NCBI GenBank assembly: GCA_963754185.1
Contig: CAVWEP010000002.1
Coordinates: forward strand, 830,192-894,191
DNA length: 64,000 bases
Source of the DNA: an uncultured Bacillaceae bacterium
Lineage (GTDB): Bacteria > Bacillota > Bacilli > Bacillales > DSM-1321
Direction: 5' to 3'
The notes under the pieces are model-generated. The model was not told the DNA's origin. It saw nothing but the letters and a program-made list of their open reading frames with translations, and ran no database searches. Shown piece after piece: positions 41,735-52,002 of this stretch. Position numbers and translations under genes: made by a program. The first letter of the stretch is position 1. Each line of letters opens with the position of its first letter.

Positions 41735-41926
41735 TTAACGTCCTAGCTCCTTCATCGTCTTTCCACCTACAGACCAGCGTGTTTTCGGAACTTCTGTCAC
41801 AATCACACGGATATTTCCCTCTGGTGTATCTAGCGTTTCAGAAACCGTTGCTGTTACATTTTTTATTAAAGTCATTATTCTTTCTTCAGATCTTCCTTCA
41901 AGAATGGAAATATTAATAAGGGGCAT
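41735..41926 (-). CDS. 4-oxalocrotonate tautomerase family protein
   Basis: Pro-1 (MPLINISILEGRS) and WSVGGK; 63 aa. Confidence 0.93.
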   Translation of the reverse strand: MPLINISILEGRSEERIMTLIKNVTATVSETLDTPEGNIRVIVTEVPKTRWSVGGKTMKELGR

Positions 41927-41937
41927 TGTAAAACCTC

Positions 41938-42078
41938 CTAGTCTATTACTCGAAATGAAACATCACCTAAACCATCAAGCTTGGCCGTTACCGTATCACC
42001 AGAAGCAATCATAACAGCTCCGGTAACCCCACCTGATGAGATAACTTCGTCCGCTTTAATGTTATCCCCTTTATTTGA
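41938..42078 (-). pseudogene. C-terminal stump of 2-keto-4-pentenoate hydratase / 4-oxalocrotonate decarboxylase
   Basis: GDNIKADEVISSGGVTGAVMIASGDTVTAKLDGLGDVSFRVID*; its stop overlaps the tautomerase RBS. Confidence 0.72.
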
Positions 42079-42137
42079 TTAAACTCTCCTCACTATTAAA
42101 ACAGCCGCCCGAAATCACTTTCGAGCAGCTACATTCG

Positions 42138-42401
42138 TTAATGTCGTAATGTAATCATGTCATGCTTCATTAAATCAAGCTGAGCCTTCACCCGCTGAAG
42201 CTGTTCCTTCTGTTCACCATTCGCACTTTTATAAATTGGGTCCATCTCCCTCAGTGCTTCTTCTAAATAAGATTGAGCTTTTTGAAAGTTTTCATCATCC
42301 CAATGTTCTTGTTTAGAAGCCTCAGTATATTCAAAATCTGCAAAACGGAGAGCTCCATTACACTGCTCTAAAAAATGGTCCATTGATTGTCTTGTTCCCA
42401 T
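42138..42401 (-). CDS. ytzC: YtzC family protein
   Basis: TRQSMDHF...ASKQEH...KAQ..LE...SAN.EQKEQL.R pattern; fits synteny next to ytqA. Confidence 0.85.
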   Translation of the reverse strand: MGTRQSMDHFLEQCNGALRFADFEYTEASKQEHWDDENFQKAQSYLEEALREMDPIYKSANGEQKEQLQRVKAQLDLMKHDMITLRH

Positions 42402-42525
42402 TCTTAACCCTCCCCTTAAGCATTATGGATTGATGACGAATCATCAAGGTTAGTTTGAGCTAAAAAACGTTATTTATTCGATTACTTCGTACATTTCCCT
42501 ATAGTCAATGTGCACAATAAAAACG

Positions 42526-42573
42526 AATTGACATAAATCCAAAATAGAGGCATATTTAATGAGTAATCACTCA
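42526..42573 (+). promoter_or_regulatory. Promoter and putative TetR operator of the ABC operon
   Basis: TTGACA -35 hexamer; palindrome TGAGT-AATC-ACTCA at 42560-42573 just before the RBS; a TetR gene lies in the operon. Confidence 0.55.
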
Positions 42574-42600
42574 CTTTCCCTAAAATAGGAGGTATGCTTT

Positions 42601-43326
42601 ATGAATCATAGTATATCCATCAAACAAGTTAGTAAGAGCTTTGGAAAGAAAATTGTGCTGCATGACGTTACTTTACATATCACAGAAGGCCAGATTTATG
42701 GATTAATTGGTCCTTCAGGTGCTGGAAAAACCGTACTAGTCAAAATGATTATGGGAATGGCTAAACCTGATGACGGTACGATTTATATTTTAAATAAAAA
42801 AGTTCCCAATCTGCAATTATTACAGGAAATTGGGTATATGGCGCAATCTGATGCCCTTTATTCCGAATTAACAGGTGAAGAGAATCTTACATTCTTTGCT
42901 TCCCTTTACAAATTGAAAAAGTCAGAAATAAAAGATCGAATTGCTTATGCAGCAGACCTTGTTCGGCTAACGAACGAATTAACAAAAAAAGTATCGGTTT
43001 ATTCAGGGGGAATGAAACGCCGATTATCTCTAGCCATCGCCTTAATTCAAAATCCCAAAATTTTAATCTTAGATGAACCAACGGTCGGTATTGATCCTGA
43101 ACTAAGGATAACCATTTGGAATGAATTATTACGCTTAAAAAACGAAGAGGGTAAAACCATTATCGTGACAACACATGTGATGGATGAAGCAGAACGCTGT
43201 GATTATATTGCGATGGTAAGGGATGGTAGCATCCTAACAAGTGGGACACCGCAGGATTTAAAAGCACAATATGGAGTAAACACTTTTGATGAGGTATTCA
43301 TTCAAGCAGGGAGGCACTCGTTATGA
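42601..43326 (+). CDS. ABC exporter ATP-binding subunit
   Basis: GPSGAGKT, YSGGMKRR and LDEPT motifs. Confidence 0.95.
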   Translation: MNHSISIKQVSKSFGKKIVLHDVTLHITEGQIYGLIGPSGAGKTVLVKMIMGMAKPDDGTIYILNKKVPNLQLLQEIGYMAQSDALYSELTGEENLTFFASLYKLKKSEIKDRIAYAADLVRLTNELTKKVSVYSGGMKRRLSLAIALIQNPKILILDEPTVGIDPELRITIWNELLRLKNEEGKTIIVTTHVMDEAERCDYIAMVRDGSILTSGTPQDLKAQYGVNTFDEVFIQAGRHSL

Positions 43327-44378
43327 GGATATTGGCACTAATCAAAAGAATTTGTCAACAAATGCTGCGTGATAAACGAACATTGGCCTTATTGTTTCTT
43401 GCCCCCTTATTGATTTTGACTCTCATGTATTTCATATTTAACGGGAATACCGTTCATCCGAAACTAGCGGTAGTAAATGTAGACCACACCCTTATAAACG
43501 TATTAGAGAAAGCTGATGTAGACATCATCGAATATGACTCAGCAAATAAAGAAACAATGATAGCTGACGACCTTGATGGCTTATTGCAATTAAAAAACAA
43601 AGAGTTTGATTTAACTTTGCTAAATAGTAACCCATCAACAGCAAAAGTATTACTCATGAAAGTGAATCAAGCCGTTGCCTCACAAGCTCAATCACAGCTG
43701 ATAAAACAAAATATAGGACCCGTTGATGTGAGAAATCAAAGTGTGGATACACATTATGTATATGGGAATAGCGAAACAGAGTACTTTGATGTATTAAGTC
43801 CTATTCTCGTTGGATTCTTTGTTTTCTTTTTTGTCTTTCTCATTTCCGGAATTGGTTTACTGAAAGAGAGAACAACGGGCACATTAGAACGGTTGATGGC
43901 AACACCTATTCGTCGCGGAGAAATCGTCACTGCCTATTTAATCGGTTTTGGTATATTCGCCGTCATTCAAACCATTATTGTCGTGCTTTATTCAATTACA
44001 GTTCTAGATATGGTAATGGTCGGTTCTGTTTGGAATGTAATTCTAATTAATTTACTGCTCGCTTTAGTTGCTCTTTCTTTAGGCACACTGTTATCTACCT
44101 TTGCAGCTTCAGAGTTTCAAATGGTACAATTTATACCAATAGCAGTTGTTCCGCAAATATTCTTTACTGGTATTTTTCCACTTGAAGGGATGGCCCATTG
44201 GTTACAAGCAATTGGAAAAGTCATGCCTATGTACTATGCAGCAGATGCTTTAAAGGGCGTTATGTATCAAGGAAAAAGGATAGGTGAAATTGGCGGTGAT
44301 CTCCTTGCATTAGCTATATTTGCTATAATCTTTATTATCCTAAACTTATTCGCCCTGAAGAAGTATCGTAAATTATAA
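43323..44378 (+). CDS. ABC-2 type permease
   Basis: LRDKRTL, ERTTGTLERL and PMYYAADAL motifs; overlaps the ATPase by 4 nt. Confidence 0.93.
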   Translation: MRILALIKRICQQMLRDKRTLALLFLAPLLILTLMYFIFNGNTVHPKLAVVNVDHTLINVLEKADVDIIEYDSANKETMIADDLDGLLQLKNKEFDLTLLNSNPSTAKVLLMKVNQAVASQAQSQLIKQNIGPVDVRNQSVDTHYVYGNSETEYFDVLSPILVGFFVFFFVFLISGIGLLKERTTGTLERLMATPIRRGEIVTAYLIGFGIFAVIQTIIVVLYSITVLDMVMVGSVWNVILINLLLALVALSLGTLLSTFAASEFQMVQFIPIAVVPQIFFTGIFPLEGMAHWLQAIGKVMPMYYAADALKGVMYQGKRIGEIGGDLLALAIFAIIFIILNLFALKKYRKL

Positions 44379-44393
44379 AGGAAGTGGTCTTAA

Positions 44394-45050
44394 ATGTCCG
44401 AAGACAATTTCTTGGATACCATTATTACTCAAACTAAGCTATCTAAAAAACAAACCAATAAACAACAAAAAATAGTAGAGACCGCTATTAAAATGTTTGC
44501 GGAAAAAGGATATGCTAACACCCCAACGAGTGAAATAGCTAAAACAGCTGGGGTTGCTGAAGGTACGATATTCCGTCATTATGGAACGAAAGATAATCTG
44601 CTGCTTTCTGTTATTCTTCCATTTCTAAAAGAATCCATACCGGACGTAGCGGAAGAAATCTTCAATGAAGTGCTATCTGAAAATATTCAATGCTTCGAAG
44701 ACTTTTTAAGAGCCTTTATGAAAAATCGAATTGGGTTTCTTCATGAAAATAAAGAGATTTTTCGTGTCGTTGTGAAAGAACTCTTTTATAGTGAAGAATT
44801 AAGAAAAGAAATTCTACCGTTCTTTTCTAAAAGTATCTTACAACATTTGAATAAAGTAATTGATTTGTATAAAGAGCGCGGGGAACTAATGGACCTGCCA
44901 AACGAAACTTTAATTAGAATGACCTTAACGTTTATCGGAGGCTATTTCGTATCACGCTTTGTATTCTGGCCCGATTATTCGGTTGAAAATGAAGAGGAAG
45001 AAGTCGAACATATCGTAAGGTTTGTTATGGATGGCGTAAGAAAAAAATAG
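44394..45050 (+). CDS. TetR/AcrR regulator
   Basis: FAEKGY...SEIAKTAGVAEGTIFRHY HTH. Confidence 0.95.
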   Translation: MSEDNFLDTIITQTKLSKKQTNKQQKIVETAIKMFAEKGYANTPTSEIAKTAGVAEGTIFRHYGTKDNLLLSVILPFLKESIPDVAEEIFNEVLSENIQCFEDFLRAFMKNRIGFLHENKEIFRVVVKELFYSEELRKEILPFFSKSILQHLNKVIDLYKERGELMDLPNETLIRMTLTFIGGYFVSRFVFWPDYSVENEEEEVEHIVRFVMDGVRKK

Positions 45051-45219
45051 GAGCTAAAAAATCACATCATTCAACGATGTGATTTCTTTTCTTTTACAAT
45101 TTCCAGTTGCAAAAGCAATCTAAAACTTTCTTCCAACTACATTTCCTTATTTCCAAACAAAAATCATGTATAATATTATGTGGCATTGCGCTAAATTTTC
45201 AATATAGGAGGTTGCTGAA

Positions 45220-46191
45220 TTGAATCAGACAAACCCATTTATATATGCAAGTGACAACAAACGATATCACACATGGAATTACCACTTACGTAACCAGTTT
45301 GGTCATAAAGTATTTAAGGTCGCACTAGATGGCGGTTTTGATTGCCCAAATCGAGATGGCACAGTAGCTCACGGGGGTTGTACATTTTGTAGTGCCGCTG
45401 GATCGGGTGATTTTGCGGGAAATCGTGTAGAACCACTTGACGTTCAATTTAAAGAAATTAGTGAAAAAATGCATCATAAATGGAAGGATGGCAAATATAT
45501 CGCTTATTTCCAAGCGTTTACGAATACACATGCACCAGTTGAAGTATTAAGAGAAAAATACGAAACGGTGCTCGAGCAAGAAGGTGTTGTGGGTCTTTCC
45601 ATTGCAACGCGTCCCGATTGTTTACCTGATGATGTTGTCGAATATTTAGCAGAATTAAATGAGCGTACCTATTTATGGGTCGAGTTAGGATTACAAACAG
45701 TTCATGAAAGAACAGCAAACCTTATCAATCGTGCCCATGATTACGAATGCTATAAAGAGGGCGTAGAAAAATTGCGTAAGCACGGCATTCGCATTTGCTC
45801 ACATATCATCAATGGTCTTCCTCAAGAGGACTACGACATGATGATGACAACAGCGCGTGAAGTGGCAAAACTTGATGTACAAGGAATTAAAATTCATTTA
45901 TTACATCTATTAAAAGGAACACCCATGGTCAAGCAATATGAAAAAGGGATGCTCCAATTCCTTAATCAAGAAGATTATGTAAATCTTGTTTGTGATCAAC
46001 TTGAAATCATTCCACCCGAAATGATTGTACACCGCATCACTGGTGATGGACCGATTGACTTAATGGTTGGACCAATGTGGAGCGTTAATAAATGGGAAGT
46101 ATTAAATGCCATTGATGACGAGTTAATCCGTCGCAATAGCTGGCAAGGGAAATTTTATGTACCCATGGAGACACCACATCATGAAGCTTGA
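45220..46191 (+). CDS. ytqA: Radical SAM protein YtqA (TIGR01212-type; MnmL)
   Basis: CPNRDG...GCTFC, YFQAFTNT, TRPDCL and ELGLQT motifs. Confidence 0.95.
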   Translation: MNQTNPFIYASDNKRYHTWNYHLRNQFGHKVFKVALDGGFDCPNRDGTVAHGGCTFCSAAGSGDFAGNRVEPLDVQFKEISEKMHHKWKDGKYIAYFQAFTNTHAPVEVLREKYETVLEQEGVVGLSIATRPDCLPDDVVEYLAELNERTYLWVELGLQTVHERTANLINRAHDYECYKEGVEKLRKHGIRICSHIINGLPQEDYDMMMTTAREVAKLDVQGIKIHLLHLLKGTPMVKQYEKGMLQFLNQEDYVNLVCDQLEIIPPEMIVHRITGDGPIDLMVGPMWSVNKWEVLNAIDDELIRRNSWQGKFYVPMETPHHEA

Positions 46192-46756
46192 TCGCATCCT
46201 GCCATTTGCCAGAATTTTATTACAAAAATCCGTTCAACCTGGTGATATCACCGTCGACGGAACAATGGGCAATGGCTTTGATACCGCCTTTTTAGCCGAT
46301 TTAGTCGGAGAAACGGGACATGTCTATGCCTTTGATATTCAAAGCGAAGCGATTCATAACACCACAGCCAAGCTAGAGGAGAAACAATTATTAGATCGCT
46401 GCACCTTATTTCACGCGGGGCATGAGCAACTGAACTCCCTTATTCCCGCTAATGAAACACGCAAATTGACAGGCGCAATTTTTAACCTTGGCTATCTGCC
46501 TGGTGGTGATAAATCCATTACAACCCAAGCGAGCACAACGATTTCGGCAATCGAACAATTGCTAGATGTAATGGTACCAGAAGGCATTATCGTACTCGTT
46601 ATTTATCACGGACATCCAGAAGGAGAAATGGAACGTGACAAATTGCTGGAGTATGTGAAAAACATCCCGCAAAAGGTGGCGCATGTGCTTCATTATGGAT
46701 TTATGAATCAAGTGAATCATCCCCCTTTTATTGTCGCGATTGAAAAAAGAATCTGA
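46181..46756 (+). CDS. ytqB: SAM-dependent methyltransferase YtqB (MnmM)
   Basis: DGTMGNGFDT, FDIQ, FNLGYLPGGDK and YHGH motifs. Confidence 0.93.
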   Translation: MKLDRILPFARILLQKSVQPGDITVDGTMGNGFDTAFLADLVGETGHVYAFDIQSEAIHNTTAKLEEKQLLDRCTLFHAGHEQLNSLIPANETRKLTGAIFNLGYLPGGDKSITTQASTTISAIEQLLDVMVPEGIIVLVIYHGHPEGEMERDKLLEYVKNIPQKVAHVLHYGFMNQVNHPPFIVAIEKRI

Positions 46757-46829
46757 AATTTGAGCCAAACATCAGTTTTCCATTCCAAAAGAAAACACCG
46801 TCCCCACGAAGGGTACGGTGTTGCATGAA

Positions 46830-48392
46830 TCAGTGTGACACGTCAGAAACAGAGATACCTGTGTTCGCTTTGACGCGGATTTCGTTGTAGATTTTTTCAT
46901 TTTTCGCTTCGTTCGCTTTATTCTGTGTCAAGATTGTGCCAAGCCATCCTGCAAGGAATCCAAGCGGAACACTGATGATGGCAGGGTTAGACAAAGCAAT
47001 AAGTGGCGTACCGACGAAAATTGCTTTACCGGCTTCTGGGTTCCAAACATTCGGGCCCAGTGCGCCAAGAATAAGACAAGAAATCAAGCCAGTTGCCATC
47101 GCGATGATAGCGCCATTGGAATTGAACTTTTTCCAGTAAATTGTGTAAAGAATAACTGGTAAGTTCGCTGATGCTCCAATACAGAAAGCAAATGATACAA
47201 GGAATGATACGTTCAATGTCTGCGCGCCAAGAGCAAGCAGAATAGAAAGAACCGCAATCGAGATAGATCCTGTACGTGCTGCTACAAGTTGTTGCTTAGG
47301 AGTCAATTTACCATTTTTCATGATTTCACCGTAAATATCGTGCGAAATTGCAGAAGCTCCTGTTAATACAAGACCAGATACTACTGCAAGAATCGTTGCA
47401 AAAGCAACTGCCGAAATGAATGACAGAAGTACGTTGCCGCCAAGGAATTCAGCAAGAAGCGGCGCAGCTAAGTTTCCACCTGGGTTAGCAGCTAAGATGT
47501 TTGCTTGGCCGACGAATGCAGCGGCACCGAAGCCAAGGAAGATTGTCAATGAGAAGAAAATCGCTGTAATCCAAGTTGTCCATGTGATAGATTTACGAGC
47601 TGTTTTTGCATCTTTAACTGTAAAGAAACGCATTAAAATGTGTGGAAGACCAGCTGTACCAAGTACAAGTGCAATCATCATAGATACTGAGTCAATCGTG
47701 CTTGTATATTTGATACCAGGAATCAAAAAGTTTTCACCATGGTCCGTAACAGTTGCAGCTGTATCAAACATTTTCATAATGCTAAAATCGAATTTCGCAA
47801 AAACAAGGAATGAGATAAGAACTGTACCAAATAAAAGCAGACATGCCTTGATAATCTGAACCCATGAAGTAGCGGTCATACCACCGAATAATACGTATAC
47901 TGTCATCATCACACCAACGATTAGAACGGCTACCCAATACGGAATACCGAATAGCATCTGGATTAATGCACCGGCTCCTACAAGCTGGGCAATCATATAT
48001 AGAATGACGATTGTGATCGTTGATGTTGCAGCTATACCGCGAATGCGCTTTTCGTTAAAACGAGCTGTCAACATATCTGCAAGTGTATATTTACCAAGGT
48101 TACGCATTGGCTCTGCGACAATGTATAAAAGAACAAGGTTAGCTACAACATAGCCGACCGAGAAGAAGAAACCGTCAAAACCAGTCAGGGCAATCGCACC
48201 GGATACCCCAAGGAATGCTGCCGCTGATAAGTAGTCACCGGCGATAGCCAAACCATTTTGCCAGCCTGTTAAGCCGCCGCCTGCTGTGTAGAAGTCACTC
48301 GCAGAAGACGTACGCTTAGCTGCGACATAAGTAACAAGTAATGTTAAACCAACAATTCCAAGGAAAAAACCAATAGTTACTAAATTCATCAT
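46830..48392 (-). CDS. actP: Cation/acetate symporter, ActP-type SSS transporter
   Basis: QNGLAIAGDYLSAAAFLG, GGMTATSWVQIIKA and GTAGLPHILMRF motifs. Confidence 0.92.
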   Translation of the reverse strand: MMNLVTIGFFLGIVGLTLLVTYVAAKRTSSASDFYTAGGGLTGWQNGLAIAGDYLSAAAFLGVSGAIALTGFDGFFFSVGYVVANLVLLYIVAEPMRNLGKYTLADMLTARFNEKRIRGIAATSTITIVILYMIAQLVGAGALIQMLFGIPYWVAVLIVGVMMTVYVLFGGMTATSWVQIIKACLLLFGTVLISFLVFAKFDFSIMKMFDTAATVTDHGENFLIPGIKYTSTIDSVSMMIALVLGTAGLPHILMRFFTVKDAKTARKSITWTTWITAIFFSLTIFLGFGAAAFVGQANILAANPGGNLAAPLLAEFLGGNVLLSFISAVAFATILAVVSGLVLTGASAISHDIYGEIMKNGKLTPKQQLVAARTGSISIAVLSILLALGAQTLNVSFLVSFAFCIGASANLPVILYTIYWKKFNSNGAIIAMATGLISCLILGALGPNVWNPEAGKAIFVGTPLIALSNPAIISVPLGFLAGWLGTILTQNKANEAKNEKIYNEIRVKANTGISVSDVSH

Positions 48393-48742
48393 CTGCCGCC
48401 TTTCTTTTGCTGATACTCGGCGATTACTGCCTCAGCCTGTTTGTCAAATTTGTGTGCACGGCTAACATAAAGCGTACAAAGAATAATGGTCATTAAGAAT
48501 AAAGATAAAGAATAAATCCAGACCCAAGTAATGTTTCCAATTGCTTTTGCTTGCAAAGCGTCCGTGAACGCTAGAATCGGCAATAAAATATAAGCAGTTA
48601 AAAACAAGAATGCTATTGTGAATACGAATCCCCTTTTTTGTCTGACAAGTTTGTTAAACGAATCCATTTCCACAAATGCATCGTAGTCGACTTCCGGAGT
48701 TTTCACTTTATCTTCTACATGTGCTCTGGCTGCGTTTGCCAT
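48389..48742 (-). CDS. DUF485 membrane protein (YjcH-like partner of ActP)
   Basis: F.KLV..KR.F, two TM helices and YV.RA..FD motif; overlaps actP. Confidence 0.88.
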   Translation of the reverse strand: MANAARAHVEDKVKTPEVDYDAFVEMDSFNKLVRQKRGFVFTIAFLFLTAYILLPILAFTDALQAKAIGNITWVWIYSLSLFLMTIILCTLYVSRAHKFDKQAEAVIAEYQQKKGGR

Positions 48743-48790
48743 ATAAAACCCCTCCTTTTAAATTAGATTCCCATTTACGGAATCTATAAT

Positions 48791-48804
48791 TGTAAGCGTT
48801 TCCT
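48791..48804. promoter_or_regulatory. Possible CcpA cre site
   Basis: TGTAAGCGTTTCCT, imperfect match to TGWNANCGNTNWCA, upstream of DUF485-actP. Confidence 0.45.
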
Positions 48805-49012
48805 TCATCCGGCGTACTTTAGGGAGCCAGGAAATAGAAAGCTATACAAACACCCGAAACTGTTATAGTAAAGATATCTTCTTTTTCAAATTGTACTATA
48901 TTACAAATAAGGATACCTTACAGAAATTTGTGTTAAAAATACAAAAATTTGCACTTTTATTGTCGGAACATAGTATAATTTGTAAAAGAATTCATGGTTG
49001 GGGGGAGATCTA

Positions 49013-50239
49013 ATGTCGTATCGTGTTCAATTGTTAATAGAAGATGATCAAGAAAAAGCAAAAATTGAAACGTGGTTAGCTCATCACAGCTTTCAAAACT
49101 TACTCATTCAAAATGGAGGGCCAATTCTTCCGAATAATATTATTTTCGTGGAAATTACCTCTCTTTTTGATTGGGTAAAAGTACGCAGAATGATGAAGCA
49201 GTATCACGATATCATTGTCATTCCAATTCTTGATCAATCGGTGGCTAAAACATCGCCTATTGCGATTGAGCTTCAACTACCTTCACTATTGATTAAGCCT
49301 TTAAAAAGTAGATCCTTTTATCGGAATTTTAAAAAAACCCTTTCTCTCCTTGCTGAAATGCCTGCTATAGAAAAGATAGAGGATGAATCTTACCGGGATA
49401 TGTTTTGGAGAAAGGTGTTGAAAGGAGACATAACGAGTGAATTAGAGATGTCTCACTCTCTTTCACTAATGCCTTCCGCGATGGTTCCTAATTTGGTTTG
49501 TTATATTCAAGGGTTTCTCAGCAGTCCAGAGAGGGAGAAAAATGAGGGTTGGGAAGCTTCGTCTGTTGTTCAAAAAACGATTTTGAAAGCATTCTCTACT
49601 ATTGGGCATGAAGCGTATTTTGTTCCATTTCATAAAAATGCCGCTCTGCTGTTAAAGAGTCCATCAGATGTGGCAACACCGTCCTTTTGGGCGGAGGGAC
49701 AACGGGTGATGTTTTCTGCTATTGAAACACTTAGAGAAGAATATGGTATTCAACTATATATTGGCATTGGAGCGATTTGTCGAGAGGTCATGCAACTGAA
49801 GGATTCTTATGAAAATGCGAAGATTGCAAGAATGGCTGTTGCTAAGCATGAACTTTGGCTGCGCTATTTTGATGAAATTCCAACAAACGTTTCTGTTCAA
49901 AAAAGCATTGATTATATACGAGCTCACTATACAGAAAATATTTCGATGAATGAAGTAGCAGCAAAAGTGAATTTCAGTCCAACTTACTTTAGTCGGTTAT
50001 TTAAAAAAGAAACAGGGCATAGTTTTGTTTCATATGTTACGTTAGTTAAACTTCAACGCTCAATTTGGCTGCTGCGGCGAACGAATCAAACAATTGAACA
50101 AATCGCGATGGATTTAGGCTTTAATACGCCTAATTATTTTAGTTCGACTTTTAAAAAAGAAATAAGCTTGTCACCTAGTCAGTATCGTTTAACAAAAGAA
50201 ATCTTTTTTTCACATACTTGGGAAGAAGATGATTTTTGA
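49013..50239 (+). CDS. AraC regulator with degenerate receiver and CdaR/GGDEF-like middle domain
   Basis: C-terminal FSPTYFSRLFKKETG and GFNTPNYFSSTFKK AraC motifs; the receiver-like N-terminus has FVEI where the phospho-Asp is expected. Confidence 0.85.
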   Translation: MSYRVQLLIEDDQEKAKIETWLAHHSFQNLLIQNGGPILPNNIIFVEITSLFDWVKVRRMMKQYHDIIVIPILDQSVAKTSPIAIELQLPSLLIKPLKSRSFYRNFKKTLSLLAEMPAIEKIEDESYRDMFWRKVLKGDITSELEMSHSLSLMPSAMVPNLVCYIQGFLSSPEREKNEGWEASSVVQKTILKAFSTIGHEAYFVPFHKNAALLLKSPSDVATPSFWAEGQRVMFSAIETLREEYGIQLYIGIGAICREVMQLKDSYENAKIARMAVAKHELWLRYFDEIPTNVSVQKSIDYIRAHYTENISMNEVAAKVNFSPTYFSRLFKKETGHSFVSYVTLVKLQRSIWLLRRTNQTIEQIAMDLGFNTPNYFSSTFKKEISLSPSQYRLTKEIFFSHTWEEDDF

Positions 50240-50341
50240 TATTTAGTCTTATTTTATCTTGTTCAACAGTAAGTACCCAATTTAAACGGGGATGACTCAT
50301 AACAAAGTGTCAGCCCCTCTTGAGTCATCTCCATTTGCTAT

Positions 50342-51145
50342 TCAAACAACATATCCTAATATTCTTAATCGTGTTTCAACAAAGCTAAGTGCATAGCGGA
50401 ATACATCTTCCCGCTCTGGTTCATTAAAAATTTCGTGATACAAATTAGGCCATTCCTTAAATTGTTTTTCACTTAATAAACTATAGTTGAACCATTCACG
50501 AACTGCTTTTTTATCAACAACGAGATCCTCCCCACCTTGCATGACTAATAACGGTACGTCCTGCATCTCAGGAATCTCTTCAAAAGCCTCCTTTATCGCT
50601 TCTACAAGTTCACGATACCATCGAACAGAAACCTTTGTTACATAGAGTGAATCATTCTCATCACTCTCACGTACTTCCTTATTCCTCGTTATCAATTCCG
50701 TGCTCAATCCTGAGTCCACCTTAAACTTCGGATGAATTAGATTCAATCCATGTGAAAGGAAATTCAAGACTTTAGGGGGCTGCCGTTTTAGTCCTAAACA
50801 TGGTGAGGATAAAATGACTCCTGCAATATCCCACTCTTCTTCCTGAAGGAGACGAATCGCAATTAAACCTCCCATACTGTGCCCTAATAGAAAAACAGGC
50901 AAAGAATATTCATACGCTGCCTCTAGCCAAAGTTTCACTGCATCTAAGTATTCATCGAAGGAATCAATATGACCTCGAAAAGCACGGGTTGTAGTTCCTT
51001 GACCTGGAAGATCCCCCATCACAACATGGTAGCCAGATGACTTCCACATTTGCGCAAGCCACTTATAACGACCGTGATGCTCCATCGATCCATGAACCAT
51101 GACAATCACTGCTTTTGCAGTACCCTCTGCTTCCCATTTCCACAT
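50342..51145 (-). CDS. ytpA: Alpha/beta hydrolase (lysophospholipase) YtpA
   Basis: MWKWEAE, VHGSMEHHGRY, GHSMGG and YHEIFNE motifs. Confidence 0.93.
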   Translation of the reverse strand: MWKWEAEGTAKAVIVMVHGSMEHHGRYKWLAQMWKSSGYHVVMGDLPGQGTTTRAFRGHIDSFDEYLDAVKLWLEAAYEYSLPVFLLGHSMGGLIAIRLLQEEEWDIAGVILSSPCLGLKRQPPKVLNFLSHGLNLIHPKFKVDSGLSTELITRNKEVRESDENDSLYVTKVSVRWYRELVEAIKEAFEEIPEMQDVPLLVMQGGEDLVVDKKAVREWFNYSLLSEKQFKEWPNLYHEIFNEPEREDVFRYALSFVETRLRILGYVV

Positions 51146-51363
51146 CTGAAATCCTCCTCTTTTTTCTCCCTAAAATCTAACAACTATGTAATGCTTGTAC
51201 TAGTTTTTTTTATTATATCAAGCTTTTATCCTTCTTCGAATCATTTATATAAAAAACAATAGAAAATTTTGTATAATAAACGTATTCTTAACAAGTAAGC
51301 TTTTTTTACTATATAGTAGAATAATACCGGAAAATACTAGATACGGAAAGGAATTGATTCAAA

Positions 51364-51885
51364 ATGATTATTTATCCTTATAAAGACCAGACGCCTGAGA
51401 TTGCTAAAAGCGCTTATATTGCGGAAAATGCCGTTGTAACGGGTGATGTGAAAATTGGTGAGGAAACAACCATCTGGTTCAACACAGTGATTCGTGGGGA
51501 TGTGGCACCTACTATTATCGGGAACAAAGTAAGTGTTCAAGATAATAGTGTACTACACCAAAGCCCCAATAATCCTCTTATAATAGAAGACGACGTAACA
51601 ATTGGACACCAAGTCATTTTACATAGCTGCAAAGTGCGGAAAGGGGCACTTATTGGGATGGGTTCTATTATCTTAGACGAAGCAGAAATCGGAGAAGGTG
51701 CGTTCATCGGCGCTGGCAGCCTTGTGCCCCAAGGCAAAGTAATCCCGCCTAACACCCTAGCATTTGGTCGTCCAGCTAAAGTCGTTCGCGAATTAAATGA
51801 CGACGACCGTAAAGATATGGAACGCATTGTACGGGAATATGCGGAAAAAGGACAATATTACAAACATGCAAAAAGAATTAATTGA
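51364..51885 (+). CDS. ytoA: Gamma-carbonic-anhydrase-like protein
   Basis: Hexapeptide repeats; IRGDV, QDNSVLH and TIGHQVILHSC motifs. Confidence 0.93.
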   Translation: MIIYPYKDQTPEIAKSAYIAENAVVTGDVKIGEETTIWFNTVIRGDVAPTIIGNKVSVQDNSVLHQSPNNPLIIEDDVTIGHQVILHSCKVRKGALIGMGSIILDEAEIGEGAFIGAGSLVPQGKVIPPNTLAFGRPAKVVRELNDDDRKDMERIVREYAEKGQYYKHAKRIN

Positions 51886-51952
51886 ACTACCCCCACTTAC
51901 CCTTCGCTCGCTAACGTATCGCTCTAGTTTGAAGATGAGGATCTTCTTGGCT
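51882..51952 (-). mobile_element. Orphan IS200/IS605 right-end hairpin
   Basis: AAGAAGATCCTCATCTTCAA...GAGCGAAGGGTAAGTGGGGGTAGTTCAA, ending in TTCAA. Confidence 0.72.
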
Positions 51953-52002
51953 AAAATAATAAAAAGAGAACTAACCCCAATAAGTTAGTTCTCTTCCATT
52001 CC

